The notes under the pieces: generated by a model
What the model was told of the DNA's origin: nothing
Seen by the model: the letters and a program-made list of their open reading frames with translations, nothing else
The model's database searches: none
IMG/VR virus record: IMGVR_UViG_3300001688_000312
DNA from: a virus
Direction: 5' to 3' (one strand)
Length of the DNA stretch: 64,000 bases
Position numbers and translations under genes: made by a program
In this document: in pieces, positions 43,401-51,827 of the stretch
Layout of the letters: every line of letters starts with the position of its first letter
Position numbering within the stretch: the first letter of the stretch is position 1

Positions 43401-43401
43401 A
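37432..43401 (+). CDS. giant fibre/adhesin part 4 (LamG modules plus Lys-rich 18-19 aa repeats); frame open upstream to ~37333
   Basis: YWKFDE...IDE...FNRAL modules separated by D..xK..K....(E/D)..G..D repeats. Confidence 0.8.
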   Translation: MAYWKFDETTGTTLTDYSGNDNDGTLQGTSLPIWTNGLYNGALQFNGSSSNVKVPHSDSLYFDDELTISGWFYPNKLTEQVIICKDKDGGIKDFDVCIRNGKVCIYYESTGSDQWIHSNYVVKLNTWTHFVIVFDSLSAGRMYINGVLDCTWDTTGIQNRAVTTEPIYIGMRGTTYLSHHFEGLIDELVLFNRALTEDEASILVQGPHALVKTVKSYKTDMLGETDKLPVNSIKTYKSDITATEDFTPIKKPKSVQIDKYGTKDYSPIKKSKHTFNELRDLTDKVIKKPKKTLNDILWYKPTNQNTNNGLVLYLPLNEGNNTTLYDYSSYGRTGFTSGTWVNDAKLILHLDEGIGTIVYDSSNNTNENTTNAVWVDGIYGKALQFNGTDTVIYIDDNVNRYDEQTVILWVKPDNQIFTEPHGLHKDIIRKGDEWGISTDTNFNTNRRIVVQTKYINGVSKWFSPIKPLLMDEWNFICATWNSKIGLLTVRINDNSTEQFIIGTTGINFTDSGILKLGHGCAGYFNGVIDEVKIFSRILSSYEIDNLYVQGAEYNGLTLYHDYNGMDNASSIILNPNPFTEDALTYVAWVKFKSTDNIYASSYFAINYDGDTGDEINTDKGLSRRARVGIDEVGYIVDNITLPTGFSGNFGLTIDSQINDNSAVGRAWTLEVYENDVLWKTFYVNCNTFINNVWRWSESTYWIADPTKTYTVKIKWEGNTDVIIRVTSILSRRGSIGYNNCHLRLEKSNATRINAGLYSQKRDGTWSHTVFNKTLPILDDQWHMIAVSFGNGEKKLYLDGVYLTEETGCGDLISPSSITFYLSSIWGRMYGGLKNVMAFNRKLSDGEISSLYANEIGLFKNVTNVTSEILNLKHNSYTYPDSCVAAYHFDENNGNIAYNDVDSSSNNCTLTNPTWTEGKFNSCITSMEGKYGLIDDGNGKLSPVTEMSISVWVNPSSLGQTATGSHMIVSKLNWDGSIGYFLRMGSGTGTAPTFYVGDGTIWRSVSSSSGLSTNTWYHIVATVKSNGNIRVYVNGVLKGSNQYLGDHIEHTDGNIHLGWEGYGSTFFNGLIDELQFYDRELSPEEILTLYNAQYDNIPLTKNIKSHKVELSEIKDIIIKKTKSYKEDFVGTKDFVVKQSKKLSRDIIGAKDNILNKAKSIRPIEKLEQADTSIFTRAFHKTVHELYGLIEDDIVKHIKSFKPEKFGLFDTAISKARGFHKTVEELIGFKDKSTKKTKTYKETDLFGTKDLINKKPKKLLRDISSSIDNLVKKIKDVNIEPVGLSDAQYSPVMEGCVSRWHFDENTGVTVFDDVGNNNGTLVGDPLPTWSDGVIGNCLTFNGNQHVDCGNDTSLTLPDGITISAWIKIEAVGGIYTVIAKSGEVYSQTEYWIDIRDNNNSIYFGGYDVNGNNAYISRTYAFQTGLWYHIIALDDLNNLKLYVNGIQIGSATRHTRMSNSKWHTTIGSRNNVQKFVGNIDEVQVYNRGLTPAEITYLHNIQCVATKSVKFNQSDKTGLLERSAKNIKSNVIDKIGLVETFSHKLFFSVKVIINEIMGYVDSSNKSIYAIKEDLVGFKDNVNKSTKLLYNEIIGNIDKIVKKPKSVQIDKYGNIEGTLKKNVKSYKIELSGLKDRINKNIKTHIDESQLQIDIVHKNVKSIITELNDYVVKFSRKMKFIRKETVEFKDSTKKFVTFVPIEILSIKDDIIKNVKSYKTDIYGLKDRVNKQVKTFSFEKFANTDFTPTKTIKSVIPEKLAYTDNVIKTVKSIKINNIGLKDVSQKTILTFRIEMNGHVDKTLKSISINIKDTNGYVDKIIKKTKSVVPVEATEFIGYVKKSAVKISIEVKEWFDELPIRKDIKLYKNETLNIKDVTNKHIKHTLQDMYTIKDNVIKNIKSVSINKIGMSEIIRKSTSKVTFEIVNIKDSIAKNIKLIKVEPLGYGVLINVLRRRNIYIEGAMFSTLALNGKKLYANLVGKRLANKSLIGRKEEED

Positions 43402-43403
43402 TA

Positions 43404-43742
43404 ATGGCTAATGAAATAGAAATGTATTATGGAGATAATTTAGATATACATTTAACTGTATATGAAGGAGATGGTAACGAAACTGTTGATTTAACTGATT
43501 CTACCGTAACTATGTATATTAGATATAATGTTAATGATGATATTCTTACTAACTCTTTTTTAGTAAAACAAGGAACTGTAATTGACGCTGAAGGCGGCGT
43601 AGTCACATTTAAAGTAGACTATGACGATATGGTTAATTTGTATAATTTAAAAACTGATGTGCCTTACCCGACTGATTTTAAAATAACTACTTCTAGCAAT
43701 GAACGATTTACTGTGTTACGTACCAACTTCAGACTTCGTTAG
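43404..43742 (+). CDS. BppU-like baseplate/virion Ig-like protein
   Basis: GD......DLT...V...DA..G.V pattern; coupled to fibre gene. Confidence 0.55.
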   Translation: MANEIEMYYGDNLDIHLTVYEGDGNETVDLTDSTVTMYIRYNVNDDILTNSFLVKQGTVIDAEGGVVTFKVDYDDMVNLYNLKTDVPYPTDFKITTSSNERFTVLRTNFRLR

Positions 43743-43799
43743 GTACCATAATAATATTTAAATATATGCCTAGTCAGTATTTAAACATTACGGTTTAGG

Positions 43800-45008
43800 A
43801 TGATAATTATGTCAATAGAAAGTAGAAGCGGAAAATCATTTGAGGACTACGAAGTTATTAATCATTTCTGCACAGAACAAGACGTTTATAACGTAACTGG
43901 TATAGATTCAACATTTTTACAGAACCTTAGTAGAACAAACTCTACTGTAATATCTAACTTAGTTAATAACTACATAAAACAAGCGGAAGATAATGTACGT
44001 AGAAAACTTGGCGTTCCCAACGTTATACGTAAAGAGAAACATATGTTTTTTAATAACCCGACTATACAATTAGGCGGTGACCGTGAAGACGAATATGAAA
44101 TGGGTCACGCCTATGACCCACAGAATAAAGTAGAAGAAATACACAGTATATGGTATAATGGACGTAAACTGGTTTCTCCGTTCCCAAAAAATATGGACGG
44201 AATAACTGAACCTACATCTATAAATTCGTGGGCGGCAACCAACGGAACTGTTACAATTAACACCATAAACCGCAAATGTGGTAGGGCAAGTATACAGGGA
44301 ACTATAATTGGTGAATCTGGCGGAAACATTTATTATCCTTCTGCTAAAAATCTTAACTTAAGAATTTACCCTTGGTTTTACGTTGGATTCTGGCTTTATA
44401 CGTCAAATAAAGATGCAACATTTACGTTTAGTATGGTTAGAGATACTGAAAGTGCGTTTGAATATGACTTTAAATGTTCATTACCTAACGTGAATGCACC
44501 GTTAGCTAACACTTGGATTCCTATCGGGTTAAACATCCGTAACTTTAAATTTAATAACGTAGGCGGTGAAGGAGTAATAGCTGACTTTAACTGGATACTT
44601 ATACCAACACAATACATTAAAATATCGGTTGATAGACCATGTACGTTTGCGGTGGATAATTTCTGTTTTAATGACGGTTTATGGGGAACTTATCCTTCTG
44701 GAGAAATAAATTGGGCTTTTCGAGATTGGTACCCAACTGGAACAGTTCATGTTTCCTACACTTATAATCCTTACGCTAATGATATTCCAGACATTATTAC
44801 TAGTGTAACATCTAAGTTAGCGGCGGTTAAACTGTTAGATTGGTGTTTAGGTAAACGTGCTATGGCTATAGCTTTTGACCAACTTAGTGATTCACTAGAA
44901 GAAGACCCTGATAAAGTATCTCTGGAAGGAACACGTAAAAGGTTAATGATTGAAGCTAACGAAGAATTAGGCGTTATTGGTGTAGGTGGATTTGAAGGTA
45001 TCTGTTAA
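43800..45008 (+). CDS. putative head-tail adaptor with inserted beta-sandwich domain
   Basis: N-terminal C...DV...I.QAE..V...L and C-terminal V.Y......P.II.....LAA helices flank an insertion. Confidence 0.5.
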   Translation: MIIMSIESRSGKSFEDYEVINHFCTEQDVYNVTGIDSTFLQNLSRTNSTVISNLVNNYIKQAEDNVRRKLGVPNVIRKEKHMFFNNPTIQLGGDREDEYEMGHAYDPQNKVEEIHSIWYNGRKLVSPFPKNMDGITEPTSINSWAATNGTVTINTINRKCGRASIQGTIIGESGGNIYYPSAKNLNLRIYPWFYVGFWLYTSNKDATFTFSMVRDTESAFEYDFKCSLPNVNAPLANTWIPIGLNIRNFKFNNVGGEGVIADFNWILIPTQYIKISVDRPCTFAVDNFCFNDGLWGTYPSGEINWAFRDWYPTGTVHVSYTYNPYANDIPDIITSVTSKLAAVKLLDWCLGKRAMAIAFDQLSDSLEEDPDKVSLEGTRKRLMIEANEELGVIGVGGFEGIC

Positions 45009-45478
45009 TGTCTATAAATAGTATTGGACGAGCTAACGCTATAAAAAATGGGTTAATAACTAAAATACGGAAAGCTATACCTACAGCTACTGTTATAGAT
45101 GATTATCGATTGAAAACGTTCCAGTTTTCTTCATTTAACGGTATATTGGTTAGTGTAAAATGTTCGAATTTTAGGGATACCCCGTTAAATTATGGTATGA
45201 AGTCAATAATGAAACGTCACGGAACATGGATTACTTGTAATTTCGGGTTAACTATATTTGCAAGGCTTACTGACGGTGAACTCGAATCTTCAACTGCGTA
45301 TCAAGCGGTTAATATTATAAAACGGTATATTGAAGAACATGAAGTTGATGATGAAAGCGGAATAATAGAAATATATAATACTACTGTTAGAGAGATTATG
45401 CCAAAGAAAGGTGTTCATATGGCTACTTTACTTATGGAAGGCGAATTATTAGCTCAACGCCCATATAAACAATTGTAA
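45008..45478 (+). CDS. putative tail completion/terminator-like protein
   Basis: size, position and alpha/beta pattern; resembles next ORF. Confidence 0.45.
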   Translation: MSINSIGRANAIKNGLITKIRKAIPTATVIDDYRLKTFQFSSFNGILVSVKCSNFRDTPLNYGMKSIMKRHGTWITCNFGLTIFARLTDGELESSTAYQAVNIIKRYIEEHEVDDESGIIEIYNTTVREIMPKKGVHMATLLMEGELLAQRPYKQL

Positions 45479-45509
45479 TATAATAATTAAATAGTTAGGG
45501 GTAAAAGGT

Positions 45510-45950
45510 ATGGATATAGAAACTGTTAAATTAAAATTAATGGATTTGATTAGTAAAGCGGATAGTTCTCTTGTTCCACGAGAAACGCATGTGTTTGGTA
45601 ATATGCATGTTCCATCATATAAGTTAACTGCATCTGATTTTCCTATTGTTACTGTACACATGAAGGTGTCTACTGATTATATGCATGGTTCTAAGTTGCC
45701 GTCTGTTAATTATGGAGAAATTGGACTTTACGATTTTACGTGTTATGTTTTTGCTACTTCTATTGAGGATTCTAGAGAGTTAGCTGATAAAATATTTGAT
45801 TACTTGAAAATGAATGGTAAACATGCAGAACAAAAAATTATTGGTATACATGGTTTAAATGTTCAGGAAGGAGTTTTAGATTATGGAGCTAAACGATTAC
45901 GTAGAACTATATTAACTGGTACTATATGGAGAGAAGAAAATTTATTGTGA
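45510..45950 (+). CDS. putative tail terminator-like protein
   Basis: FP.VTV...VFA.....RELAD.I...L pattern. Confidence 0.5.
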   Translation: MDIETVKLKLMDLISKADSSLVPRETHVFGNMHVPSYKLTASDFPIVTVHMKVSTDYMHGSKLPSVNYGEIGLYDFTCYVFATSIEDSRELADKIFDYLKMNGKHAEQKIIGIHGLNVQEGVLDYGAKRLRRTILTGTIWREENLL

Positions 45951-47209
45951 CTACTCCCATGACTGAAAGTCATGGGCTTCTATGGATTCTATTCCAACAG
46001 ATTGTAATCCCAATCTGAGAATGTTAATCGAAGCATTTAAATCTCTATCCATCTTTAATCCACATTCAGGGCAAATATGAATTCTATCTTCAAGTGTTTT
46101 TTCAACTTTTATTCCACACTTGCTGCAAATTTTTGACGTATCTTTTGGGTTAACTAAAACTACTGTTTTACCAGCATTTTCAGCTTTGTATTGTGTAGTT
46201 TTAACCAACATGTTCCAAGCAACATCATTAATTGATTTATTAATATTTTTATAATTATTTTCCATCATATTATTTATATCTAAATCCTCAAAAACAATAA
46301 AATTATATTTATTAACTAATTTGTTTGATTCCTTATGAATAAAATCATTTCTTTTATTAGCTATCCTCTCATGTATTTTTTGAACAATCTTACGTCTTTT
46401 ACTATAACCTAATGTTTGTTTCTTCTCTTTAGATAGTTTATTTTGAGCTTTAGCTAATTTATTCTCTTCATTTTTATAAAACTTCGGGTTGTCTACTTTG
46501 TTTCCATCAGATAATACCGCAAATGTTTTCAATCCTAAGTCTACTCCAACTGCTGGAAAAGTTTCTTTATTAACGATTTCCTGTTCATATTCAATCGTGA
46601 AACAAGCGAACCATTTATCATTTTTAACGTTTATATTTAGTCGTTTAACTTTTCCTTTTAATGGTCTATGAAGATTTAAATATAATTTGCCGATTTTTGA
46701 GAGTGTTAAATATGAACCTTCAATTTTATATCCTGACTGTGGATAAGAAAAACTGTTGTATCCTTTACCTTTAAAACGTGGATAACCAACCTTTTGGTTT
46801 CCTTCTTTTACTCTTCTAAAGAAATTCTTATATGCCAAATCAACTCGTTCCTGAGTTTCTTGCAATATTTGACTGTAAACATTATTTAGTTCAGGATTTT
46901 CTTGTTTCCATTTCGGCAATAAATTATGTAGGTCATATTTGCTTAAATTTTTCTTTTCATTTTCATATTTATTTTTCTTTTCAGCTAATGACTTATTATA
47001 AACAATTCTGCATAACTCTAACGTATTATCCATTAGTTTTTGTTGTGTTTTGTTCGGGAATAACCTGAATTTATATGTTTTATGCAGAATCATTCTTAAT
47101 CAAATAATAGCATAAGGTTTATATATTTAAATATTATTATTTATTTTAATAATTAATGGCGATGTATCCCACAGTTAAAACATGTGGGTTTTATCGCCAT
47201 AGAGGATTT
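45947..47209 (-). mobile_element. tnpB-only IS200/IS605-family (IS1341-like) element
   Basis: right end GAAG-CCCATGAC/GTCATGGG hairpin ending TCAC; left end AAAA-CCCACA/TGTGGG hairpin with flanking TTAT; no tnpA. Confidence 0.85.
45951..47093 (-). CDS. tnpB: RNA-guided endonuclease TnpB
   Basis: YKFRL.P N-terminus, RuvC motifs GVDLG, FEDL, DRDLNA, CxxC...CxxC finger. Confidence 0.93.
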   Translation of the reverse strand: MILHKTYKFRLFPNKTQQKLMDNTLELCRIVYNKSLAEKKNKYENEKKNLSKYDLHNLLPKWKQENPELNNVYSQILQETQERVDLAYKNFFRRVKEGNQKVGYPRFKGKGYNSFSYPQSGYKIEGSYLTLSKIGKLYLNLHRPLKGKVKRLNINVKNDKWFACFTIEYEQEIVNKETFPAVGVDLGLKTFAVLSDGNKVDNPKFYKNEENKLAKAQNKLSKEKKQTLGYSKRRKIVQKIHERIANKRNDFIHKESNKLVNKYNFIVFEDLDINNMMENNYKNINKSINDVAWNMLVKTTQYKAENAGKTVVLVNPKDTSKICSKCGIKVEKTLEDRIHICPECGLKMDRDLNASINILRLGLQSVGIESIEAHDFQSWE

Positions 47210-47214
47210 ATAAG

Positions 47215-47481
47215 TTATTGTTCTTCTTCTTTGTTCTTGGATAGTAGATAATAACTTATAGACATTTTATCTTTTTGTGTTGTATCATCTGTTGTGGTAT
47301 TATCGCATGTAATTTTGTAAAATGTACCATCAGGATACCAATATGGAGTTATGTAAGGTTGAATAAATGGTTCATTAGGTTCATAATAGCTTTTCTTTAA
47401 ACATATGTTATGTTTACAGGAAAAACACAGTATTCTGTAATCTTTACATTTATCTTTATATTCACAATTTATGTCACACAT
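47215..47481 (-). CDS. small Cys-rich protein
   Basis: AGGTGA RBS; Cys cluster. Confidence 0.6.
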   Translation of the reverse strand: MCDINCEYKDKCKDYRILCFSCKHNICLKKSYYEPNEPFIQPYITPYWYPDGTFYKITCDNTTTDDTTQKDKMSISYYLLSKNKEEEQ

Positions 47482-47619
47482 GTAAATTCACCTTAAGATA
47501 TTAAGTTATATTATATAATATAACGTTTTTATATATAAATATTATGGTTTATTAAAATGTTATTATATAGCATAATATTTATATATCAAATATATAAATG
47601 TTATGGTTGGTGTATTTAT

Positions 47620-47930
47620 ATGTCCAAATTAATTCCAACTACCACCATTACCACTATAAACAGTTACAAAACAGTATTCGTACCAATATCAGGTGTAGGT
47701 ACAAAAGTAGCAGTACATATTAAAGAAAATAATGGCAAAAAATAACATACCAAGTGTACGGTTCATTTGACGGCGTAGTATACGAGTTAATTATTCCCGA
47801 AAAAACTATAAATGAATTAGGCAGTGACTACGAAGTTTTAGTTGACCCTTGGAAGATGTTGGCAATACAAGTTAAATCAACAGTAGCAGACCAAGCAGGT
47901 AAAGCAACAATCAATGCGGTAAGAGGTTAA
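47620..47930 (+). pseudogene. ~103 aa beta-rich virion-like protein split by a frameshift at an A6 run
   Basis: MSKLIPT...NNGKK-stop continues in the -1 frame as ITYQVYGSFDG...NAVRG-stop. Confidence 0.6.
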
Positions 47931-47938
47931 AAACGTAA

Positions 47939-50722
47939 ATGTATCCATTCGTTAGGGGTAAAAAACCTATTTCAAAAACTCCGCTTAGTACAGGAGAAAA
48001 ACTAGGTACAGGTAAACTAGATAATAGACTGTTTAACGTTAATCTTGTTAGCCCGACTGACGGTTCAGTTGTTTTAGTAGGTAACGGTTATAATGGGAAA
48101 TTTGAGGGTGAAAACCCTGAAGGTTTAGATGGATACATGTTACGTAAAAGTTTCAAGCTTCCTGCGGATGTACCTGAAAACGGTGTATTACTGGTTAAAT
48201 TTGTGTATGGTGAAGAAACGGTAGGTGACCTTGATGGTTATGAAATCGTTAATAATCAGTTATGGTATAAGGTGCATCTTGATTTACTTGCTAAGTGGGA
48301 TTTTAGAGATTTACGCATAGCCAGAAACGGCACTGCGTATCCGTATGAGTTTATTTCAAAGGTAGACGGGCAATATGCGATGGTAGCCGTAAAGATAACA
48401 GAGGCTTTGTCTAAGGGTACAAAAATCTATTTCTACACTGCTAATCAATTAGCCGCTGATGCAAGCACAACCGTTTTTACTGCACAGGTTGACAACGTAG
48501 TAGCTGCTTACCCGTGCGATGAAGAAGAACAAGAGGTAGACCCAACCGTAATCGTTTCAGACGACCCCGCTTCTTTTTGGGGCTTAACTGCCGCTGGTAG
48601 TGGAACGCTTAAAGCGTCAAAACAAACGGTAGGCGAAGGCGACGAGCAATACGTACAAATAACTTTAAGTGAGGGTGGCACCGTCTCGGGTTATTATTTA
48701 CATAAATCTGGGTTGTCGCTTGATTTATCTGATAAAAACCGAATTATCGTTAAGATGGTTGGGGTTGGCTCAGGTAGACCGCATCAACTCAGGTTCGGTT
48801 CAGGCTCGGGAAATGTTGCGGTTTACACACTAACCGACGATGTAGTTGGAGAACGGACTTTATCTATTCCTTACTCGGCGTTTACGATTGAGGGAACTAT
48901 GGATTGGGCTTCAATTACAAGCATGATATTTAACGGCTTTTATTTGAGTACATCTGGATTTCAGTTAGGGCGAATTGTTGCAGACGTTGATGTGTCTATA
49001 AAAGATTATAGTGGGAACGGTAATGACGCAACAGCATATAATACACAAATAGTTAACCATCCAGTTTTTACAGGTAAGAAAGCTCGTAGATTTAACGGTA
49101 TAAATAGCATGGCAAAGACTGACGCGGTACTTGATGTTAGTTCAGCATCAGAGTTAACGGTGATGGCACGATTCAAACGGTTAGGTGGAACAGATAATTA
49201 CCATTGTTTAATTAGTGCAATAAACGGTGCAAATTATACTAACCGCATAAAAATAACGTCAAGTGGAGCAATTAATGCTTCAGATTTAACTTTAGATGGC
49301 ACATTAAAAACTTTTAATAAATCAATAAGTGATGTTGATGCTGTTAACGTAATTGGTTTTTACTGGACAGGTACGCATATAAGGTCATTTGTTAATGACG
49401 TGTTCAGTTCGTTGATTGAAGCATCAGGTGAATTAGCTTCAGGCACCAAACCTGTGCGTTTAGGTGTTGCGCATACTGACAGTGACTATTTTGCTAATGG
49501 TATATTGATGGATGTTTATGTTGCACAGTCTGTTATAGACCAGTCCGTTTTAGATGCTGTACATGAATACCCGAACATGAAACTTGAAGCAGGGAAAATC
49601 TTTTATCACGTTTACGCAGACCATCCCGAACCCGAAGCTGACACTTTCGGCGAATGGACAAGTCGGCGTAGTTACGGTGTTAAAAGCATTTATCCTTCAC
49701 AGGGCGATTGCAGTGTTTCGGTTAATTGGCGAGACCGTTACCTTGAAGTTAAAGATATTTGGGTAAGGAACGAATTAGCGGAAAATCCAGATACTTATGT
49801 AGTAGTGGATGGTACACAACAAAGTTTTTGGTCTGTTAGTCGTTGGGGCGAGGGAACGGTAGATTTAACTGTAGCTGATGATGAAACCGTTTTAATCGAG
49901 GGTAATCCGAGTTTACGTATTACATGGAATGGCAGTACAGGAACTTATAGTGGAGTAGCTTTATATCATAATTATAGTGACCCGAAGCCTGATTGGAGTA
50001 ATAAAGATTTTGTAGTATTACGTTGGGTTGGCAGTAATAGTGGGAATGTGTATCAATTCTTTTTTGGTAATGACGCTGTAGAGAGTAACACTCGTTATTA
50101 CCAGTTTATGGATGATTTTGTTGGATTGAGGTATTTAGTTTTTAGCATTCGAAATCCTTCATCTGTAGCTGGAAATGGCGACATTGACGCTGTTACAAGA
50201 ATAGGAATAAAAAGGCATCCTTCAGCCGCAATTAGTGATTCAGTTAATTATTTAGGTCGAATAGCAATATCTGACGGAGTCTGGGCAACTTTATCTGTGA
50301 ATATACCTGACGTACTACAAAAACAAGGTGTATTGAAAGATGCAGTTTTTGAAATTGACCGTTTAAATGTATATCTTTGGGATGGCACACAATATCAAGC
50401 TGTAGTATATCATGATGGTTCTAATTGGATTTGGGAAACAAATAAGAGTAAATATCTTGATGGTTCAACTTTCAAAGATGTTTACGGGCAGACGCAAAAT
50501 TATCTTAGTACATACTGTGCTGTAGATTTCATGAAGGGTAAACGTGGCGAAGTGAAAGGCAGACGTAGCACTATGATGGCAAATCGAGAATATCAATATG
50601 ACCATACTGAAACTAAATATGCTAAAGCAATAGCTATGAAGTTGAAGCCAAATGCAGGCGACTATTCAGCTACATCGGGTGGTAACCAAGTGCGACTGAT
50701 GATTAGGATATACTTCAAATAA
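47939..50722 (+). CDS. second large LamG/carbohydrate-binding virion or surface protein
   Basis: D.RDLR (DUF2341-like), VAAYPCDE...DYSGNGND...FNG LamG motifs, two similar CBM-like inserts. Confidence 0.7.
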   Translation: MYPFVRGKKPISKTPLSTGEKLGTGKLDNRLFNVNLVSPTDGSVVLVGNGYNGKFEGENPEGLDGYMLRKSFKLPADVPENGVLLVKFVYGEETVGDLDGYEIVNNQLWYKVHLDLLAKWDFRDLRIARNGTAYPYEFISKVDGQYAMVAVKITEALSKGTKIYFYTANQLAADASTTVFTAQVDNVVAAYPCDEEEQEVDPTVIVSDDPASFWGLTAAGSGTLKASKQTVGEGDEQYVQITLSEGGTVSGYYLHKSGLSLDLSDKNRIIVKMVGVGSGRPHQLRFGSGSGNVAVYTLTDDVVGERTLSIPYSAFTIEGTMDWASITSMIFNGFYLSTSGFQLGRIVADVDVSIKDYSGNGNDATAYNTQIVNHPVFTGKKARRFNGINSMAKTDAVLDVSSASELTVMARFKRLGGTDNYHCLISAINGANYTNRIKITSSGAINASDLTLDGTLKTFNKSISDVDAVNVIGFYWTGTHIRSFVNDVFSSLIEASGELASGTKPVRLGVAHTDSDYFANGILMDVYVAQSVIDQSVLDAVHEYPNMKLEAGKIFYHVYADHPEPEADTFGEWTSRRSYGVKSIYPSQGDCSVSVNWRDRYLEVKDIWVRNELAENPDTYVVVDGTQQSFWSVSRWGEGTVDLTVADDETVLIEGNPSLRITWNGSTGTYSGVALYHNYSDPKPDWSNKDFVVLRWVGSNSGNVYQFFFGNDAVESNTRYYQFMDDFVGLRYLVFSIRNPSSVAGNGDIDAVTRIGIKRHPSAAISDSVNYLGRIAISDGVWATLSVNIPDVLQKQGVLKDAVFEIDRLNVYLWDGTQYQAVVYHDGSNWIWETNKSKYLDGSTFKDVYGQTQNYLSTYCAVDFMKGKRGEVKGRRSTMMANREYQYDHTETKYAKAIAMKLKPNAGDYSATSGGNQVRLMIRIYFK

Positions 50723-50901
50723 AAGGGGTGAATGATGGATGGAAAAAATAATAGAAGCTAAACCTAAACAACAAACCTACACTATACCTAAAGTTGAGGA
50801 GCAGTGGACTAAATCTCCTGCAATGACTCTCTCCAAAGAGTTGCCGCCGTATAGTCTTAATGGGACATGACTATAAAAATATGTTATATTATGTGTTAAA
50901 A

Positions 50902-51243
50902 CTAAGTTTCTTCTTCGTCTTCTGGTTCTTCTACAGGTTCTTCTTCTGCGGATTTAATAACGTATTTAGTGACAGTTTCTACTTCTGTACCTTTAACTGT
51001 TATGCTTAATATCGGAATTTTAGAAGTGATTCCACGTATAACATCTTTTACAATTTCAGATTTAGCTTCAGTGAAACTAAAACTCAACGTGGTTTGTTCT
51101 GGACAATTAACCATATCATATTCACTTGTATTTAATACTATAACAACAGTATTATCTTCAAGGTCACAAATGTTTGATAATACTTCTTCTATTTCTGTAA
51201 ATTCAAGTTCATTCAACATAATACACCAATTATGAATTGACAA
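50902..51243 (-). CDS. acidic hypothetical protein
   Basis: 113 aa; start uncertain. Confidence 0.5.
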   Translation of the reverse strand: MSIHNWCIMLNELEFTEIEEVLSNICDLEDNTVVIVLNTSEYDMVNCPEQTTLSFSFTEAKSEIVKDVIRGITSKIPILSITVKGTEVETVTKYVIKSAEEEPVEEPEDEEET

Positions 51244-51444
51244 TATAACTATTTATATCAAACTTATAGTTTAATACAATATATACATCATACAAAAATA
51301 TAAATGTTTCTATATTTTAAACTAAAAATATATAGTAAAAATGTTAATGTAAGGGGTTATATACCCCTACTGCTATATACCTAAACAGGTATTTTTCCCC
51401 AGAGGTTCCATTTCTTTACATATTATACATAGATATACGTGTAT

Positions 51445-51792
51445 TTAAACATTATCATTACAGTTAATTATTTGGTTAATAACAGATTCATATATAGATT
51501 TAGGGTGTAAACCAACTATACGTTTTATTTCCATACCGTTACTAAACACCATAACTGTTGGAACGCTAAGTATATCTAACTTTTCTGATACATCTATACA
51601 TTCATCAACGTTAACTTTAACAAAAAATATGTCAAAAGAATTGTATTCTTCAATTAACTCGTCAAACATTTTACTTAGCATTCTACACGGATTACAGTAA
51701 GACGAATAAAAATCAACCATTACCACACTATTACTTTTAATTAACTTAAATAAAGCGTCCATATCAGTTACGTTTTTATCAAATACTTTCAT
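51445..51792 (-). CDS. trxA: thioredoxin
   Basis: VMVDFY..YCNPC...KVNVD...SVPT...G. Confidence 0.88.
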   Translation of the reverse strand: MKVFDKNVTDMDALFKLIKSNSVVMVDFYSSYCNPCRMLSKMFDELIEEYNSFDIFFVKVNVDECIDVSEKLDILSVPTVMVFSNGMEIKRIVGLHPKSIYESVINQIINCNDNV

Positions 51793-51827
51793 TTACATAT
51801 ACACCTTGTTACTGTTTATTTTCTATG

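Noticed and set aside
27727..45661. Minus-strand ORFs within the virion module
   Set aside because: Antisense shadows of long plus-strand genes with no RBS or recognisable motifs.
45951..47093. Cas12f or other domesticated effector
   Set aside because: Intact IS ends and a reconstructable empty site indicate an ordinary TnpB; no adjacent array.
51352..51368. AGGGG-TTATATA-CCCCT inverted repeat as an RNA gene or element end
   Set aside because: Single short hairpin with no partner or further structure.
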